Source of the DNA: an uncultured bacterium
Lineage (GTDB): Bacteria; SAR324; NAC60-12
NCBI GenBank assembly: GCA_965662235.1
Contig: CBFIGY010000006.1
Span: 1-64,000 of the forward strand
Direction of reading: 5' to 3'
DNA: 64,000 nucleotides
Part shown: piece by piece, positions 28,387 through 40,172 of the stretch
Numbering within the stretch: position 1 is the stretch's first letter
Layout: each line of letters opens with the position of its first letter
The notes under the pieces: generated by a model
Told to the model about the DNA's origin: nothing
Seen by the model: only the letters and a program-made list of their open reading frames with translations
Databases searched by the model: none
Program-made: the position numbers and the translations under genes

Positions 28387-29307
28387 TTACTTGCACCCTA
28401 AATCCGTCAGTGCGCTATCCAGATTGGAGGTGGTGTCTGTGATCGTCGAGGTGGAGTCTCCACTCAGCGTCAGTTGAGCGGTTGTATCAACCAATTTCCC
28501 TAAGTAGTTTTCCAGCGAAACCAGAGGTGCACAGAGGGCGTCAGTTACAGCTTGAGGAGTAGTTCCATTGTCCACGGCTTGGGCATCTTTAGGGTTGGCT
28601 TCAAGGTAGTCCTTCAAAACGTTGCAGTTGTAGTAATTCTGCTCTGATTCCCACAGATGGCCGTCAACAGCAGCCAAAACGCTTTGCACCTCCGCATCAC
28701 TTGTATTGACCGTGGTCCCACAGGTGGCAGTCGCTACGGGATTCAGTGGGGTACCATTTACTGAGGTATCTATAATGAGGGAAGGGGTTACATTGTCGCT
28801 CACGCTTCCGTTATCAAAGATCAGAACCTGTGCCAGCTGTGAAGCAAATGCCAAGGCGAACGCGTCCAGCAGCAGTTCATCCTTTGACAGGTCTGTTAGA
28901 GACGGGTGAAGCAGGGCGGAGGCGTTATCGAGGTAGTTTTTGGACTCCTGGATCTTGGTCCTTCGGGTGCTCTCATCGGGGATGCTTTCAGGGTCCAGCG
29001 CGAGGAGGTTGAGAATTGTCCGTGGAGTCGCGGTATCGGTCCCGAGGGCTGTCCCCGCGCTGGGAGCTGTGTAGGCCGTAGCAGACTTCTCTGCAGAATC
29101 GAGGATGTTGATGAGGTCGTAACCGGCCAAGCCCATGTAGGCCGCGGCTTTGTCCTTGCGTTCAGAGCAGATGCCCAAAGCGGTGCTGTAGTCCCGTTCA
29201 TCAAGGGCGTTGTTGCAGGCACTCGCGTCCGATTCGGTCACGAGGTCGCCGCACCCGTGCAGGAGCAGCAGGAGTATTCCGGACACGAGGAGGAAGGAGC
29301 GTTTCAT
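28387..29307 (-). CDS. Predicted lipoprotein
   Basis: MKRSFLLVSGILLLLLHGC lipobox; Thr/Asp/Ser-rich mature part with several Cys. Confidence 0.75.
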   Translation of the reverse strand: MKRSFLLVSGILLLLLHGCGDLVTESDASACNNALDERDYSTALGICSERKDKAAAYMGLAGYDLINILDSAEKSATAYTAPSAGTALGTDTATPRTILNLLALDPESIPDESTRRTKIQESKNYLDNASALLHPSLTDLSKDELLLDAFALAFASQLAQVLIFDNGSVSDNVTPSLIIDTSVNGTPLNPVATATCGTTVNTSDAEVQSVLAAVDGHLWESEQNYYNCNVLKDYLEANPKDAQAVDNGTTPQAVTDALCAPLVSLENYLGKLVDTTAQLTLSGDSTSTITDTTSNLDSALTDLGCK

Positions 29308-29308
29308 G

Positions 29309-30469
29309 TCAGAATCCAAACTGAATTTGTAGGGCTCGTCGCAGCTGCGGGCTTCCCGGACGACTCCCGATTTCGGCTTTGTAAACCGCGTAATCGATGT
29401 TGAGGAAACGGGTGAAGATGAGCGGCGCCAATCCGAAGCCAAAACTAAAGTAGCCCTGGTTGTAACCTGCTCTGAGGGAAACCACATTGGTGGAGGTATC
29501 GATGGGGAACAGCCCTAGCTCCAAGCCCATGTGCAGGCGTTTCCAGGTACAGTCTGTGCCGCGGTTCGAACGACAGTACGGGTCGTCCTCACTCGCAATG
29601 GTAATGTCCCGGAAGTCGATGGCTCCGAGCAAGCGGACCGGTCCCCAGTCTGGTTGAATGGAGAGGCCAAGGTCATACTCGGTGGCCACATCCGCCGGGT
29701 TGGTTTCATTGTCCGCACGGTCGAACGTCAGGCGGCCGAGGTTGTGTGCAACTGCACCCCAGGTCATCTGCAGGCTGGAGAATGAAGCCAGGCGACGCTG
29801 AAAACCAATGTCGTAGGAAGAGGCGGAAGAAAGGGTTGATGAAAGCCCAACGGTGTCTTCGAGTGTGTCAGTATCAAGGGCGTCTCCGAGCGAAACGGTT
29901 GCTCGCGGGATGTCATTTCGCCGAATCTGGTTGTAGCTGGCTCCGACCAGCCACTGACCTTTGTTGATTGTTGTTCCGAAGCCGAAGATGCCAATTGCAT
30001 CCAATCGGGAGCCAAAGGCAAGTTCCAGCGAGACAGGATTCCGGGCCGCCAACTCAAAGCGAAGCTCTGTCGTCAGCGCTGCCCCTAAGGTGAAGGCGCT
30101 GCCGAAGGGAATCACCAGGTTCATGCCAATGGGAGACGTCCGGAAGAAGATATCCTTGCCTAGAACCAGCTGAAAGGTGTCGGCAGTGCTGCTATCGCTG
30201 CCGAGCTTGCTGATGTCGGAGGCAATGTCGATGGTATCCTGAGAAACCTCATACAGTGTGGGAAGCCCCACCAGCACCGTGTCCACTGCGGCGAGTCCGG
30301 CCGGGTTGTAGAACAGCGCGTTTTCATCGTAACTGAGAGCGACTCCCACATTCCCCATGCCCAGGTTCCGGACCCCCTGCATGGGGCGCTTGAGTTCATT
30401 GGCCTGAAGTCCCAGAGGAATCAGGGCCAGCAGGAGGATGAGGAGTGAGGTGTAAAGACGAGCAAACAA
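29309..30469 (-). CDS. Outer-membrane beta-barrel protein (TraF_2/FadL-like N-terminus)
   Basis: Signal peptide (probable TTG start at 30469), RNLGMGNVGVA...ALFYNPAGL, RAGYNQGY and C-terminal QIQFGF. Confidence 0.75.
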   Translation of the reverse strand: MFARLYTSLLILLLALIPLGLQANELKRPMQGVRNLGMGNVGVALSYDENALFYNPAGLAAVDTVLVGLPTLYEVSQDTIDIASDISKLGSDSSTADTFQLVLGKDIFFRTSPIGMNLVIPFGSAFTLGAALTTELRFELAARNPVSLELAFGSRLDAIGIFGFGTTINKGQWLVGASYNQIRRNDIPRATVSLGDALDTDTLEDTVGLSSTLSSASSYDIGFQRRLASFSSLQMTWGAVAHNLGRLTFDRADNETNPADVATEYDLGLSIQPDWGPVRLLGAIDFRDITIASEDDPYCRSNRGTDCTWKRLHMGLELGLFPIDTSTNVVSLRAGYNQGYFSFGFGLAPLIFTRFLNIDYAVYKAEIGSRPGSPQLRRALQIQFGF

Positions 30470-30587
30470 TGTACTGTAACCGGAGAAGGGTTCGAGACCG
30501 CATTTTGCTTCAAACGCAATGCAGGCATCGTGCAAGCGGGCGGGAATCCCGTCAACTCCAAGGGCGGGAAGAAGGAGGCGGACGGGC

Positions 30588-31394
30588 TTAAATCGAGGGC
30601 TGTTCCGTGGCGACCGGACTCAGCTTTCCCTCATGAAACACCAAGGTTTCCAGCTGTCCGGTTCCAGAAAGACGCAGGACTGAGCGCGTGCCCAGCCAGT
30701 CGGGAACAACGCGTAAAAACCCGGGGTAGCCCTCGACACGGATGGTGTCGTCTCGGTGAAAGTGCCCGAGGAAGTAAGCATCATACTGGGCCAAAGCCTT
30801 GGCGGCAAAGTGCTTCACCTCTGCCTCCGGAAAGGCAATTTTGAACTCCTGGTTGCTGTGGTTCAGGGTTTCTTCCACGCGGTCGGCAATCTTGACGGCC
30901 AGGGCCTTGGGCAGGGACCGGAAGAACCAACGGAAGGGAGCGCTGCGGCACAGTCGACGCCAGCGCAGGTACTGCTTGTCCTGCGAATTGACCGTGTCAC
31001 CGTGCAAAAAGCCGAGCTTCCAGTTGCCCCACTCAATGGCCAGTTCATCAGGTGCAATGTGGTGAAAGGGCAGTTCCTGCCGCTCCGGACGGTGATCGCG
31101 AGGGACCAGCACCTCACGGTTTCCAACCACAAAGACGTTCGTCGCCCCGCACTCCTTGAGGCGCCAGAACCCAATCATCACCTCTCGGTTGAGCTTCGAC
31201 CAGAAACGGGGCAAGGCGAGCCAGACCTTGAAGAGGTCTCCGAGGCACACCACCACCTCGGCATCTGGGAGGGCATCCAGCATGGCAACAAACTCTTCCG
31301 GGGGCGCATTGTAGCGATCTAGGTGCGAGTCTGAGACGATGTAAAGGCTTCCGGAAGGTTCCGGAACAGAGAGGCTAAGCGTGCTGAGATTCAC
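30588..31394 (-). CDS. UDP-2,3-diacylglucosamine hydrolase-like metallophosphoesterase (LpxH-like)
   Basis: SDSHL, LGDLF, GNRE, LHGD and GHFH. Start uncertain. Confidence 0.75.
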   Translation of the reverse strand: MNLSTLSLSVPEPSGSLYIVSDSHLDRYNAPPEEFVAMLDALPDAEVVVCLGDLFKVWLALPRFWSKLNREVMIGFWRLKECGATNVFVVGNREVLVPRDHRPERQELPFHHIAPDELAIEWGNWKLGFLHGDTVNSQDKQYLRWRRLCRSAPFRWFFRSLPKALAVKIADRVEETLNHSNQEFKIAFPEAEVKHFAAKALAQYDAYFLGHFHRDDTIRVEGYPGFLRVVPDWLGTRSVLRLSGTGQLETLVFHEGKLSPVATEQPSI

Positions 31395-31489
31395 GGTTTT
31401 TTCTGGTTCTTCGGGGTCAAATCGTGTAGGGTTCCAGAGTTTGCTTCGACTCATCCGCAAAGACAAACCATATTTTTCGAACAGAGATC

Positions 31490-33609
<2,120 letters not shown>

Positions 33610-33611
33610 TT

Positions 33612-33866
33612 ATGTTTCGCCTGCTCCTCATCCTGATCTTGGTTGCCGCCGCCTACTGGGCGGGTAGCCAAGGGGTCACCTACGTCGATGTCCTGGAATG
33701 GATGGAAGGCCAGGGCCTCATTGAGTCCGCACAAGGCCTTCTAGGCGACTCGGTGCAGTGGACGGAGCAGCAGGCCTTGGAGAAACTCCCGAACCAACTG
33801 GAAGCCCTTCCCAACAAGGCCGGAGAGCTGGTGCAGGAACTCAAAGACACCGTTCAGACCCAATAA
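33612..33866 (+). CDS. Small membrane-anchored hypothetical protein
   Basis: N-terminal hydrophobic segment; fills the gap between purA and the next gene in the same orientation. Confidence 0.65.
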   Translation: MFRLLLILILVAAAYWAGSQGVTYVDVLEWMEGQGLIESAQGLLGDSVQWTEQQALEKLPNQLEALPNKAGELVQELKDTVQTQ

Positions 33867-33890
33867 TTCGGGCACGCCCCTGCTGGCTTC

Positions 33891-35342
33891 ATGGACACCA
33901 ACGCCTCTCCCAACCTGCACTACTACCAGCAACCCCTCTCGGAGATGCTGCGTGGTGAGGTCCCGACGTGCTCCATCACCACTCCGGTGGCCGACGCCGC
34001 TCGCCTGATGCAGCGTCAGCAGAGCAGCGCCATTTTGGTGGAAGGAGGCGAGGCCGGGTTCCAGGGCATCTTCACTGACAAGGACCTCCGGAACCGCATT
34101 GTCGCCGCCGGACTGCCCCTCGACACGCCTGTGGGCGATGTCATGTCGGCTCCGCTGTTTGCCATTTCAGAGACCAAGACCGTCTTCGACGCCCTCCTGG
34201 TGATGAACCTGCACAACGTCATGCACCTAGGCATCAGCGATGCGCAGGGCAAGGTGTGCGGGCTGGTTCGGCACCACGCGCTCATTGCGCAAGGCTACTC
34301 GCAGTTTTACCTCCTCCGTTCCCTAGAAGCGGCCCGGAGTGTGGAAGAGATGGCCGCGCTGCAGCAGCAGATCCCGGAGGTGGTCAGCACCCTCATTGAG
34401 ACCGGGATGCCGGTCCTCAGCATCACCCGCCTCATCAGCCTGTTTGCCGACACCGTTTTGGAAACCCTCCTTCGGCAGGCGCTTCAGGAGTTTGGCCCGC
34501 CTCCGGTGCCGTTTGTGTTCCTCACCATGGGGAGCGAGGGGCGTCAGGAGCAGACGCTCAAGACCGATCAGGACAACGCCATTGTCTTTGCCGATGTTCC
34601 GGACGACCAGTTGGCTTCCGTCCAGGGCTGGTTTCTGCGTTTCGGCGAGGCCATTTGCTCACGTCTGGATCAGGTGGGATACCGGCTGTGTGAGGGAAAC
34701 GTGATGGCGCAGAACCCGCTTTGGTGCCAGCCGCTTGCCGTCTGGAAAGGCTACTTCCAGAAGTGGGTGGAAACTCCGGAACCACTCGCCATCATGCGCA
34801 GCACCATCTTCTTCGATTTCCGGGCTGCCCACGGCTCTGTCGAGCTGGCCACGGCGCTGCGCCAGCACCTCTGGAGCCTCCTGAACGACCGGAACCGACT
34901 CTTCCTCTACCACTTGGCCCAGAATGCCCAGCAGATGCAGCCTCCGCTCAACTGGTGGGGCGGGCTTGCTTTGGAAAAAGGCGGGGAGCGGGACCACACC
35001 TTTGACCTGAAAAAGGCGATGACGCCCATTGTGGACGGCGCCCGCTTCTTCTCGCTTCAGCAGCACCTGGACCTGACCAATACCAGCGACCGTCTGGACC
35101 GGCTCCGGGAAACCCAAGCGCTGCGTCCTGACGACCATAAGCTGCTGCAAGAGGGCTACGAGTTCCTCATGCGGCTTCGGCTTCGGCACCAGGTCAACCG
35201 TCTCCGAGAAGGGAAGGCTCCAGAAAACCACCTCGACCCTCGTGAGTGCAACCCGGTTGAGCAAAAACTCATTACTGATATTCTGGGAGCCTCCAAGAAG
35301 GCGCTGAACCTCATGCGCCGTCAGTTTCCGGATCTCCACTGA
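33891..35342 (+). CDS. CBS-pair + DUF294 nucleotidyltransferase-like protein
   Basis: GIFTDKDLRNR CBS motif, MGSEGRQEQTLKTDQDNA nucleotidyltransferase motif, and FFDFR / FDLKK. Confidence 0.9.
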   Translation: MDTNASPNLHYYQQPLSEMLRGEVPTCSITTPVADAARLMQRQQSSAILVEGGEAGFQGIFTDKDLRNRIVAAGLPLDTPVGDVMSAPLFAISETKTVFDALLVMNLHNVMHLGISDAQGKVCGLVRHHALIAQGYSQFYLLRSLEAARSVEEMAALQQQIPEVVSTLIETGMPVLSITRLISLFADTVLETLLRQALQEFGPPPVPFVFLTMGSEGRQEQTLKTDQDNAIVFADVPDDQLASVQGWFLRFGEAICSRLDQVGYRLCEGNVMAQNPLWCQPLAVWKGYFQKWVETPEPLAIMRSTIFFDFRAAHGSVELATALRQHLWSLLNDRNRLFLYHLAQNAQQMQPPLNWWGGLALEKGGERDHTFDLKKAMTPIVDGARFFSLQQHLDLTNTSDRLDRLRETQALRPDDHKLLQEGYEFLMRLRLRHQVNRLREGKAPENHLDPRECNPVEQKLITDILGASKKALNLMRRQFPDLH

Positions 35343-35421
35343 AGCCGACCCGCCTGCGGCTTCATCAATCGGTTCCGCCACCGATCCTTGCATTGCTTCC
35401 TCTTTTTCCCGTGTCTGCAGC

Positions 35422-36258
35422 ATGATGCGTTCTGGTTCTTCCTTTGAATTGCTTCCCCTTCTCGAAGAAGAAGCCCCGTTGGTCAGCGATACCGACCTGG
35501 CCGTCACCCTCCGTCAACTGGGAGTGGATTCCCTCACGCCCCTCAGCTGGGCCAATCAGGAAGCCCCCGAGCAGGTCCGGCAAGCCCACCGCATTCACAA
35601 GCGGGCAGGCGCTCAGGTGTTCCGGACCAACACCGCTGGGGCCTCCTTGGAAGCACTGAAGGCGTTTGGTCTGGAAGACCGTTGTGAGGCCTTGAACAAC
35701 TCCGGTCGGGCACTTCTCAAGGAGGTACTGGGCGAGCAGGGCATTCACGCTGGGGTCCTGCAGGCCCTGCCCACAGCGGTTCCGGCGTTGCTGCGCGAAG
35801 CCGCTTACGGGAACCAGGCCATCTACCTTTCGGACACCTATGCGGATCTGATCTGGCTGAGTGGCTTTGAGCATCTGGAAGACGCCCGGCTGGCGCTGCG
35901 GGTGGTCCGGCGGGTCTCCCAAACCCAGATCGTCCTGGGCCTCAAGGTGCCGCACCCGCATCCGGATCCGAATTGGCTCACTGACGCACTTCCGGACCTG
36001 CTACACGCGGGCGCCAATTTCCTGATGCTGCAGGGGCAAGCCTCCGACCCGAACTTCCCGCAGCTGGTGTCTCAGCTGGTGGAGGTGGTGGGCATTGTTG
36101 GGGTGGAAGTCGATGAGCTTCCGGAGGCGTCTGAGCCTTCTGCGGCCTTTCAGCAGACCCTCATGGCCCTGCTTTCAGTGGGCGTGGCCTGGATCGCTTT
36201 GGGCGCCCACACCACTCCGGAGCACACCCGCCTGGTCCGCACCCTGCGAGATGCCTAA
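35422..36258 (+). CDS. Homocysteine S-methyltransferase-fold protein lacking the Zn-binding cysteines
   Basis: PEQVRQAH...AGAQVFRTNT, ADLIW and TTPEH match the HMT barrel; the GGCCG motif is replaced by ALGAH. Confidence 0.7.
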   Translation: MMRSGSSFELLPLLEEEAPLVSDTDLAVTLRQLGVDSLTPLSWANQEAPEQVRQAHRIHKRAGAQVFRTNTAGASLEALKAFGLEDRCEALNNSGRALLKEVLGEQGIHAGVLQALPTAVPALLREAAYGNQAIYLSDTYADLIWLSGFEHLEDARLALRVVRRVSQTQIVLGLKVPHPHPDPNWLTDALPDLLHAGANFLMLQGQASDPNFPQLVSQLVEVVGIVGVEVDELPEASEPSAAFQQTLMALLSVGVAWIALGAHTTPEHTRLVRTLRDA

Positions 36259-36356
36259 AAAAGCAGCATGTTTTGCGGAATGCGACTTTCGCTTCTTGGC
36301 AAAATTCAGTACTGTAAGCGCTTTTCGTGTCTTTTCCCTAAATTCAGGCAGTTTTC

Positions 36357-37760
36357 ATGATCCGCACTAAAATCATCTGTACCATCGGTCCCGCCACCGA
36401 ATCTCACGAGATGCTCCAGAACATGTCGGGCGCCGGCATGAACATCGCTCGGCTGAACATGTCTCATGGCGATCATGACTGGCACGGAAAGGTCATTCAA
36501 CGCATCAAGAGCCTCAACAAGAAGATCCAGACCCCCATCGCCGTCCTGCTCGACACACAGGGTCCGGAAATCCGGACAGGGAACCTAGCGGAGGACTTGG
36601 ACCTGCGGGAAGGAACCGTCATCACCATCAACGTCCGGGGCGAAAGCGACGTGGAGCAAACCTCGATCCACGTGGACTACGACGACCTGATCCGGACGGT
36701 CAATCCGGGAGACAAGATCACCGTTGACAACGGCCTCATCAACCTAGAGGTGCTGGAAAAGCAGGACCGCGAGATGAAGTGCCGGGTGCTGGATGGAGGA
36801 GTGCTCAAGAGCAAGCGCCACGTCAACCTGCCTGGAGTGCGGGTTAACCTGCCAGCGATCACGGCCAAGGACCGGCGTGACATCCTCTTTGGCCTAGAGC
36901 ACGATGTGGACTTCATCGCCCTCTCGTTTGTCCGGGAGGCCAACGACGTCCGGCAGCTGAAGGAGCTGATGGGGGACAAGGTCGGGAAGGTCAAGATCAT
37001 TGCCAAGATTGAGGATCAGGAAGGGGTCTCCAACTTGGATGAGATCATTGAAGAAGTGGACGGCATCATGGTCGCCCGCGGAGACCTGGGAGTTGAGATT
37101 CCCAACCACACGGTGCCGACGGTGCAGCGGGAGATTGTCCGCAAGTGTGCCGAAGCCGGGAAGCGTGTGATTGTGGCGACACACCTGCTGGAGTCGATGA
37201 TCGACAACCCCATTCCCACCCGGGCAGAAGTGACTGACGTCGCAAATGCGGTTTATGAAGAGGTGGACGCAGTCATGCTTTCTGGTGAAACCACCGTGGG
37301 CAAGTACCCGCTGCGCTGCATTGATCAGCTGGTCAACATTGCTCAGACGGTGGAGCTCAAGCCCGGCCTCCGTTTTGTGGAACAGCTGCGGTCCACCACA
37401 GACAAGCAGCAGCTCTCCACTTCTGCAGTCCAGCTTGCCGAGTCCTTGGGCGTCCGGGGCATTGTGGTCATCACCCGTCGTGGTGTGATGGCCGACTACG
37501 TGAGCAACTGTCGGCCCACCAAGAGCTTCATCTATGCCTTCTCCAACGTCAGCCAGGCCCGTCGGACCCTGATGCTCAACCGCTCAGTCCGGTCATTCCG
37601 GATCAACTTCAGTGATGACCCGGAAAAGACGCTGCAGACGGCTTTCACCGTTCTCAAGGAGCGCCAGGGCTTCCAGTCTGGTGAAAAGGTGGTGGTGATT
37701 TCAGACGTTCTTGCCGGCTCCGGACGCATTGACGCGCTGCAGATCCGGCACCTGCCCTGA
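36357..37760 (+). CDS. pyk: Pyruvate kinase
   Basis: TKIICTIGPA, RLNMSHG, DTQGPEIRTG, MVARGDLG, PTRAEVTDVANA and MLSGET. Confidence 0.97.
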   Translation: MIRTKIICTIGPATESHEMLQNMSGAGMNIARLNMSHGDHDWHGKVIQRIKSLNKKIQTPIAVLLDTQGPEIRTGNLAEDLDLREGTVITINVRGESDVEQTSIHVDYDDLIRTVNPGDKITVDNGLINLEVLEKQDREMKCRVLDGGVLKSKRHVNLPGVRVNLPAITAKDRRDILFGLEHDVDFIALSFVREANDVRQLKELMGDKVGKVKIIAKIEDQEGVSNLDEIIEEVDGIMVARGDLGVEIPNHTVPTVQREIVRKCAEAGKRVIVATHLLESMIDNPIPTRAEVTDVANAVYEEVDAVMLSGETTVGKYPLRCIDQLVNIAQTVELKPGLRFVEQLRSTTDKQQLSTSAVQLAESLGVRGIVVITRRGVMADYVSNCRPTKSFIYAFSNVSQARRTLMLNRSVRSFRINFSDDPEKTLQTAFTVLKERQGFQSGEKVVVISDVLAGSGRIDALQIRHLP

Positions 37761-37933
37761 CGAGGAGGCTCCGGGGGCACTTGACGGTCCTCAGCGTCAA
37801 TGAGATCATAACGGGTTCCGGGGCCCTTCGTGTTCCGGAGCCGTTGCGGTTTTCTGCAGCCTCAAATTCCTGATCCACCGGAACGTCGCTTCCGTGCTGG
37901 TAGACCGCTTGAACCCGTTCCTCAGGTACTCCC

Positions 37934-39043
37934 TTGGAAGTTGACCCAACCCGCTCCACTCCTGCTGAATCCCGCTCGACGTCTCCTCAGGCGCCTCTGT
38001 TTCTCCAAGAGCTTACTCGACTGGAACTGCGTCAGTGGATGGAAGCCCACGGGTTTCCGGCCTACCGTGCGGACCAAGTGTTCACCTGGCTGTACCAGAA
38101 ACGGGTCTCAACGTTTGCGGGCATGAGCAACCTGGGGAAGGCGGTGCAGCAGGCGCTTGCGGCCGAGTTTCAGATTGGCACCCTGGAAACCGGGGACGCG
38201 CACCGCTCTCAGGATGGCTCAATCAAGTACCGCTTTGTCCTCCAAGACGGCCGGAGCATTGAGACGGTGCTCATGCCCCACACGGACCACTTCACCGTCT
38301 GCATTTCCTCACAGGTGGGCTGTGCCATGGGTTGCGACTTCTGCATGACCGGCACCATGGGCCTGATCCGGCACCTCAGCGTTGCTGAGATTGTGATGCA
38401 GATTCAGGCTGCCTGGGAAGGACTTCCGGAGGGGGAGACCATCCGTAACATCGTCTTCATGGGCATGGGGGAACCCTTTCACAACTACGACAACGTGATG
38501 CGAGCCCTTGAGGTCTTTACGGACGAGCACGGCTTCAACCTGTCGCAGCGACGCATCACGGTCTCGACCTCCGGACTGCTTCCGGCCATTCGTAAGTTCG
38601 GCAAGGAGCGGATCAAGGCCAACCTGGCGGTTTCGCTCAATGGAGTGACGGACGCCGTCCGTTCGCAGCTGATGCCGGTCAACCGGGCGTACAACTTGGA
38701 AAAGCTGGTTGCCGCCTGCAAGGAGTACCCGCTGGAGTCCCGGAAGCGCATCACCTTCGAGTACATCCTCATGAAGGGCGTCACGGACTCGCTCGACGAT
38801 GCGAAGGCGCTCATCAAGCTGCTGCACGGCCTGAAGTTTAAGGTCAACCTGATCCCCTTCAACGAGTCCCCCTCCAGCAAGTACAAGAAACCCGACTGGG
38901 AGCAGGTCCGGGCCTTCCAGCAGTACCTGCTGGATCGGGGAGTGGTGGCCACGGTGCGCATTTCCAAGGGGCAGGACATTCAGGGAGCCTGCGGGCAACT
39001 GGTCGTCCAGAAAACCACTCCTGCCCCGCTGGTACCGGCTTGA
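37934..39043 (+). CDS. rlmN: 23S rRNA A2503 / tRNA A37 C2 methyltransferase (radical SAM)
   Basis: CISSQVGCAMGCDFC, FMGMGEP and GACGQL. Start uncertain (TTG). Confidence 0.93.
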   Translation: MEVDPTRSTPAESRSTSPQAPLFLQELTRLELRQWMEAHGFPAYRADQVFTWLYQKRVSTFAGMSNLGKAVQQALAAEFQIGTLETGDAHRSQDGSIKYRFVLQDGRSIETVLMPHTDHFTVCISSQVGCAMGCDFCMTGTMGLIRHLSVAEIVMQIQAAWEGLPEGETIRNIVFMGMGEPFHNYDNVMRALEVFTDEHGFNLSQRRITVSTSGLLPAIRKFGKERIKANLAVSLNGVTDAVRSQLMPVNRAYNLEKLVAACKEYPLESRKRITFEYILMKGVTDSLDDAKALIKLLHGLKFKVNLIPFNESPSSKYKKPDWEQVRAFQQYLLDRGVVATVRISKGQDIQGACGQLVVQKTTPAPLVPA

Positions 39044-39098
39044 TTTGGGCTGGACTGTTCCGGGGGTCCCGCAGTATTCTTCAGTTTTTTCTCTGCAG

Positions 39099-40169
39099 AT
39101 GACCTCAACAGACATGCCCGATACCCTGCTTCCGTTTGAAGATTACCTCCGCCTTCCCCTCAAGGATCGCCTCCCCAACTACTCCAAAGAGGGCCAGCTC
39201 TTTCATGTGATGGTGGCCCAGCAGTTCACTGAAGCGCTGCTGGATGACCTCTTCCGGGACGCGGACCTGGTCAAGGGCCTGATGCGCAAGCCCAACGGCA
39301 TTGACTACCTCAAGTCCCAGCTCCGGCACCGGCGGACGATGCTCTACTTCACGCAGCCGTCCACCCGAACCTTCCTCTCCTTCCTCACGGCCAGCCAGTT
39401 GGTGGGCATGGACACCGGGGAGGTTCGAGACGCTGCCCTTTCCTCCGAGTACAAGGGCGAGAGTCAGGAAGACGGGGTTCGGGTCTTCAGCAGCTACTTT
39501 GACGCCATTGTCATGCGCGACCCGAAGCCGGGATTCTGTGAGTACATGGCCTACCTGTTGGAACGAACCGGACGCAGCGTGCCCATCCTCAACGGCGGAA
39601 GCGGGAAGGACCAGCACCCGACTCAGGCGCTGCTGGACCTCTACACGATGCACCGCTCCTTCAAGGACCGAGGGGGCGTCCGGGGCAAACGGTACGCCTT
39701 TGTGGGAGACCTCCTCCGGGGACGTGCCGTCCGGTCTGCGGTGTACCTGCTCAGCCAGTTTTCTGACATTGAGCTCTTCTTTGTGGCGCCCGACGCCTTC
39801 CAGATTGCTCCGGACCTCGAGGCACACCTCAGCGACCTCAACATTCCGATCCACAAGTCCGACAAGATTGCCGACTTCCTTCCGGAAGTGGACTGCGTTT
39901 ACATGACGCGTGTTCAGGACGAGTATGACCTTTCTGGTGAATCGAGCCTCATTGACTCTTCCAGCTACAGCCTGAACCTGAAGAACGTCCAGACAATGCG
40001 TCCGGATGCGATCATCCTCCACCCACTCCCCCGTCGAGATGAGATTCATCCGGAGGTGGATTCCGACCCACGGGCCATGTACTGGCGTCAGCTGCGCAAC
40101 GGCGTTTACATCCGGGCAGCGTTGATGCTGCATGTGTTTGGGCGCTCTCACAAGCTGGCCGAGTACTAG
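39099..40169 (+). CDS. pyrB: Aspartate carbamoyltransferase catalytic subunit (divergent)
   Basis: PSTRT, KGES, HPTQALLD, VGDL, MTRVQ.E and HPLPR; N-terminal extension present. Confidence 0.88.
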   Translation: MTSTDMPDTLLPFEDYLRLPLKDRLPNYSKEGQLFHVMVAQQFTEALLDDLFRDADLVKGLMRKPNGIDYLKSQLRHRRTMLYFTQPSTRTFLSFLTASQLVGMDTGEVRDAALSSEYKGESQEDGVRVFSSYFDAIVMRDPKPGFCEYMAYLLERTGRSVPILNGGSGKDQHPTQALLDLYTMHRSFKDRGGVRGKRYAFVGDLLRGRAVRSAVYLLSQFSDIELFFVAPDAFQIAPDLEAHLSDLNIPIHKSDKIADFLPEVDCVYMTRVQDEYDLSGESSLIDSSSYSLNLKNVQTMRPDAIILHPLPRRDEIHPEVDSDPRAMYWRQLRNGVYIRAALMLHVFGRSHKLAEY

Positions 40170-40172
40170 GGC

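Noticed and set aside
29309..30469. Conjugative element implied by the TraF-like barrel
   Set aside because: No relaxase, coupling protein or other T4SS genes are present.
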